Assembly (NCBI GenBank): GCA_963845755.1
Contig: CAWJTV010000041.1
Location: forward strand, 576,001-640,000
DNA length: 64,000 nt
Source: an uncultured Planctomycetota bacterium
Lineage (GTDB): Bacteria; Planctomycetota; Planctomycetia; Isosphaerales; Isosphaeraceae
Reading direction: 5' to 3'
In this document: one piece after another, positions 60,501 to 64,000 of the stretch
How positions within the stretch are numbered: the stretch's first letter is position 1
How the letters are laid out: each line of letters opens with the position of its first letter
Notes under the pieces: generated by a model
What the model saw: the letters and a program-made list of their open reading frames with translations, nothing else
Database searches by the model: none
Told to the model about the DNA's origin: nothing
Made by a program: the position numbers and the translations under genes

Positions 60501-63500
60501 GCGTTCTTGGTCGTCGCATCCAGGATGTTCCCGGCGATCAGGTTGCTCTGCCCCAGCGAGATGAACGCGGAGCTGGAGAATTCATCGAGGTGCGCGGTCC
60601 GCTGGCCGGCCTGGACGACGTAGTTGAAGACCAGTGTGGTGCTGGGCGCGTTGGGCGACCCGCCCCCCACGTAGGTGGCCATGGCGTTGCCGCCCGGCCC
60701 GTCCGCGTTGAGGAGCAGCACGGGGAGCCCCACGGCTGTGTTCACGATGACCGGGCTGCTGAACGTGACCTGGACCGGGATCAGCGAGCCGGGCAGCTCC
60801 GTGCCGCTGGCATTCGACGTGACGTTCGTCACGACCGGGCCGGCGACGAGATTGCGAATCAAGGTGAAGGAGAGCCCCGTCAGCGGCTTGCCGCTCGTCA
60901 CGCCCGTGATCCCCCCCGCGTTGATGCCGACCTGAACCGAGTTCGGGCTGCCCACGGGGGTGAGGTCGAACGTGTACTGCTCCAGGTCCTGGGGATTCTG
61001 CTGGAAGTTCGAGACCGTGGCATTCGGCGAATAGTTGTTGAGGCTGCCTGCCGTGAAACCGGTGACCGGTTCGGAGAACGTGGCGGTGACCGGGATGGCG
61101 GTGTTGGACCAGTAATCGTGCGTCTGGCCCGAGGTGAGGATCACGGTCGGGCCCGTGATCGTACCGGTGTCGATCGTGAGGCTCGCCGGGGTCGCCAAGG
61201 GGATCCCATCGACGCCAGTGGCGGCGCCCTTCGGGATCGTGACGGTCAACGTCATCGACGACCCGATATCGCTCTGCGCCGGGTTCGCGGCCACGTAGAA
61301 GTTATAGAGGTTGCCACTGCCCTGGAATCCCCAGACCAACGCATTGGGGGAGACCTGGATCTTGGACGCGTCGAAGTTGGTCACCGAGGGTTGGTTGAAC
61401 TGGACTTGCACGAAGTTATAGGCCCCCGCCGTCCCGATCAGTTTGAGCGTGGGCGTCAGGGTCGCATATTGCGAATAGGTAAATCGATAGTTATTCGAAC
61501 CCTGATTCTGGTTCCCGAATGCGTCGGTCGCGGCAAGCTGGAGCAGCGTCACGGTGACGGCGGTGCTCTGCTGGCCAGACGGAAGGGTCGGCTGCACGTG
61601 GATGAGGTAGGTGGTCGGGCTGACCTGGGTCACCGCCCCTTGGATCGAGCCCTGGACGACGGTGATGCCCGAGGCACTGAGCCGGACCGGCTCGTTGAAC
61701 TGGATGTAGACGGGGACGTCCGTGCTGGTGGTATTGGCCGGCGCCGTGGAGTACATGATCGCGACGGGAGCGACTTCGAAGACGCGGGAGAAGGCATTGG
61801 AGGCCGTGTTCGCGTTCCCGGCCGCGTCCTGCGCCGCGCCGCGCGGACCTGGGCCGTGACGGGCCCGATGCCATTCGGGACCAGGTTGAACGTGTAGCGG
61901 GCGCCGCTGCCCGAGAAGTCTTCCAGGGTCGCGTTGCCGACGGTGATGCTCGAGGCGGCGAGGCCGGTGACCGGCTTGCTGAAGATCATGGTGACCGGGA
62001 TCGGGGATTGGAACGTCCCCGGCGAGTCGGCCGACGTGAGGACGACGGAGGGCGGCGTGTTGTCGAACGTGACGGAGAACGGCGCGGCGGCCGTGTTCGC
62101 GTGTCCCGAACCATCCTCGGCCGCGCCCGCGGGGACCTGCACGCTCACCGTCACGGGTCCCGGCCCCGAGGGGGACAGGTTGAAGTGGTAGGTGCTGCTG
62201 TCCGCGGTCGCCTGGGCCACGGCGAGCGTGCCGCCGGTGACCAGGATCTCGTTGAGGAGCGCCGGCGGCGGTGATGTTCACCGCGCTGCTGAACGTCACG
62301 GTCAAGGGGACCTGCGAGAGATTCGTCGTGTTCGAGCCCGGCGTCGAGACCAGGACACTCGGCCCGGTGGTGACCAGGGGCACGCTGAGCTGGGACGAGG
62401 CCGGATTCACGTTCCCGGCCGCGTCCCGCGCCACGCCCGCCAGCACGCCGGCCGTCACCGGCGCGCGGGGGACGTCGGGGTCAGGTCGAAGCTGTACTGG
62501 TTGCCGCTCCCCTGGAAGTTGGTCAGCGTGGCGTTTCCGACCTTCACCCCGCCGGCACCGAAACCGGAGACCGGCTTGCTGAAGAGCACCGTCACCGGGA
62601 TCGGCGTCGTCTGGCCGGTGGCCGTGGTGAACAGCGAGGCGGTCGGCGACGACTGGTCCAGGACCCAACTGACGGAGGCCGTCCCGCTCCCGGCCTGGCC
62701 GGCTGGGTTGAAGATCTGGGACGCGTCGATCGTGAGCACGTAGTTGCCGGGCTGGGTCTGCGTGGCCGCCAATCCCTGGATCTGATAGGTCCCGTCGGGT
62801 TGTCGGACGACGGAGACCCCGTCTCCCAGCACCACCCCGACCCCATCCCACGTCAAGGTCAGCGCGCCGATCCCGAAGCCCTGGAGCGCGGCCGGCGTGG
62901 AGAGGTCCACCGTCACGGAACCGACCGGGCTGCTGCGCAGGACGGGCGAGACGGGCTGGATGGCGGACACCGTGAGCGGGGTCTCGGCGTTGCCGCTGCC
63001 ATCGGTGACGGTGTACGGGATGATCAGCCGGGACGTGCGGGCCATCTGCTCGATCGTGTTGACGGAGATCGCGAAATCCTTGGGCCCCAGGGGGGAGTTG
63101 GTGGCCCCACCCCAGATCTGGACCTTCACCCGGCCGTCCACCATCGGCTGGAACGGCTGGTTCGCCAGGTTGGCCTGGTTGAACAGCGGACTGAACGAGA
63201 CGGTGGGGTCGGCCACCGTCGTGTCGTAGAGCACGAACTGATTGTTTGGCTGGAGCTTGGCCGTGTACCACTCGACGCGGTCCGTGAACGTGGCATTCGC
63301 GCCGGTCGGGTCGTTGCTGTCGTTGAACTGGTAGGAGATCTCGATATTGAAGCTCGGGTTGCCGAGCGCTGTGTTCTGCACGACCCCGGGCCCGTACTGC
63401 CGGCCGTAGGTCGAGTTCGGGGCCGGCGTGTTGTAGGTCCAGGTCAGGAGGTTGTCGAGGAAAACCTGGAACTCCGTCGAACCGCCGGCGATCGGCGTGC

Positions 63501-64000
63501 CATTGATCGGCGCGGAGATGAACGTCAGGGCATACTGGTCGCCCGGGAAGGCGTCGCCGGTCTGTGTCGCGTTCGGGTTCGCGGGGACGTCGGCGAACGT
63601 GCCGACGTACGTGTTGATGTCCAGCGGGTTGCCGTCGGGGTTCGGCACGGCGGTGCCGGGCTGGAGCCCGAGCGTGTTCTGATTACCGGAGCTGAGCAGG
63701 TACAGGCTCGCGCCCTGGTTGGCGACCTGGTAGTCCTCCAGCCGGTCGTTCAGCAGTTGGCCCGAGCCGAGCCGGGTGACCATCTGGCCGGGGCCGACGG
63801 TCAGCACGGCCAGCGCCGTGCCGCTCTGGGCGTCGCGGAACGTCACGTCGATCGTTTGGCTCGTGGGGTTGAAGGCCACGAAGCTTCGCTGGCCGTCCTG
63901 GATGAAGGCGGCGTAGCTGGGCGCGTTCGCGGTCACGGTCGGATCGACCTGGCCGAGGTCCTGGAGGGTATCGATCCAGTTCAGCGCCTGGGTGCGCGTG
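57563..64000 (-). CDS. giant secreted protein: GH81-like C-terminal segment + Ig-like repeats + C-terminal FG-GAP-like repeats; partial, several frameshifts
   Basis: window edge reads ALNWIDTLQDLGQVDPTVTANAPSYAAF...FVAFNP, like the GH81 beta-1,3-glucanase tail; repeats IPVTVxFSxPVTGF and GSGTxTLxFxYTV; GGVNVAEG / GVSVAMADLNRDG. Confidence 0.75.

Noticed and set aside
58475..61897. 1140-aa plus-strand ORF and other long antisense ORFs (e.g. 23548..25398, 32232..33686, 36656..38206)
   Set aside because: Antisense shadows of high-GC genes; Arg/Gly-rich with no domain motifs.
5170..62500. Frameshifts in many genes (HD hydrolase, DUF1501, PSD1, rtcA, AhpD, giant protein) as programmed frameshifting or mass pseudogenisation
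   Set aside because: They hit conserved and accessory genes alike, sometimes compensate, and lack slippery-site patterns; long-read indel errors are more likely. The three UGAs differ: in frame, at catalytic Cys positions, with hairpins.

Overview
High-GC Planctomycetota DNA, Isosphaeraceae-like, judged from the DUF1559/DUF1501/PSD1 genes and the ECF-kinase pair. Many single-base frameshifts look like long-read indels. Layout: (1) 0.3-9.4 kb is a housekeeping run: purA, uppS, cdsA, phoH, 7TM-HD hydrolase, ybeY, CBS/hemolysin. (2) 9.5-14 kb holds accessory genes and an 84-bp direct repeat. (3) 14.26-17.66 kb is a minus-strand array of 38 tRNA genes, mostly without encoded CCA and several structurally aberrant. 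Directly upstream is an unannotated 33-codon leader ORF whose stop codon overlaps an antiterminator that competes with an intrinsic terminator, i.e. a ribosome-controlled attenuator gating a backup tRNA set. (4) 18-28.7 kb holds a methyltransferase, SGNH hydrolase, nitronate monooxygenase, ankyrin protein, ECF sigma + ZAS-kinase, a broken ISAs1 and a WD40 remnant. (5) 28.8-35 kb is a DUF1559-lipoprotein-PSD1-DUF1501 operon. (6) 35.6-54.7 kb contains four tandem minus-strand modules. Each opens with a sigma70-type promoter and a homologous small secreted Cys-motif ORF ending in (F)HPP/RPPR, followed by DUF1559 pilin-like genes, lipoproteins and redox proteins. Three of the redox genes are hidden selenoproteins (in-frame UGA at the catalytic Cys position plus a SECIS-like hairpin), each with a Cys-containing relative nearby. 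(7) rtcA, a lipoprotein and the 3' part of a giant GH81/Ig-repeat surface protein. All calls were made by eye; no searches or folding programs were run.
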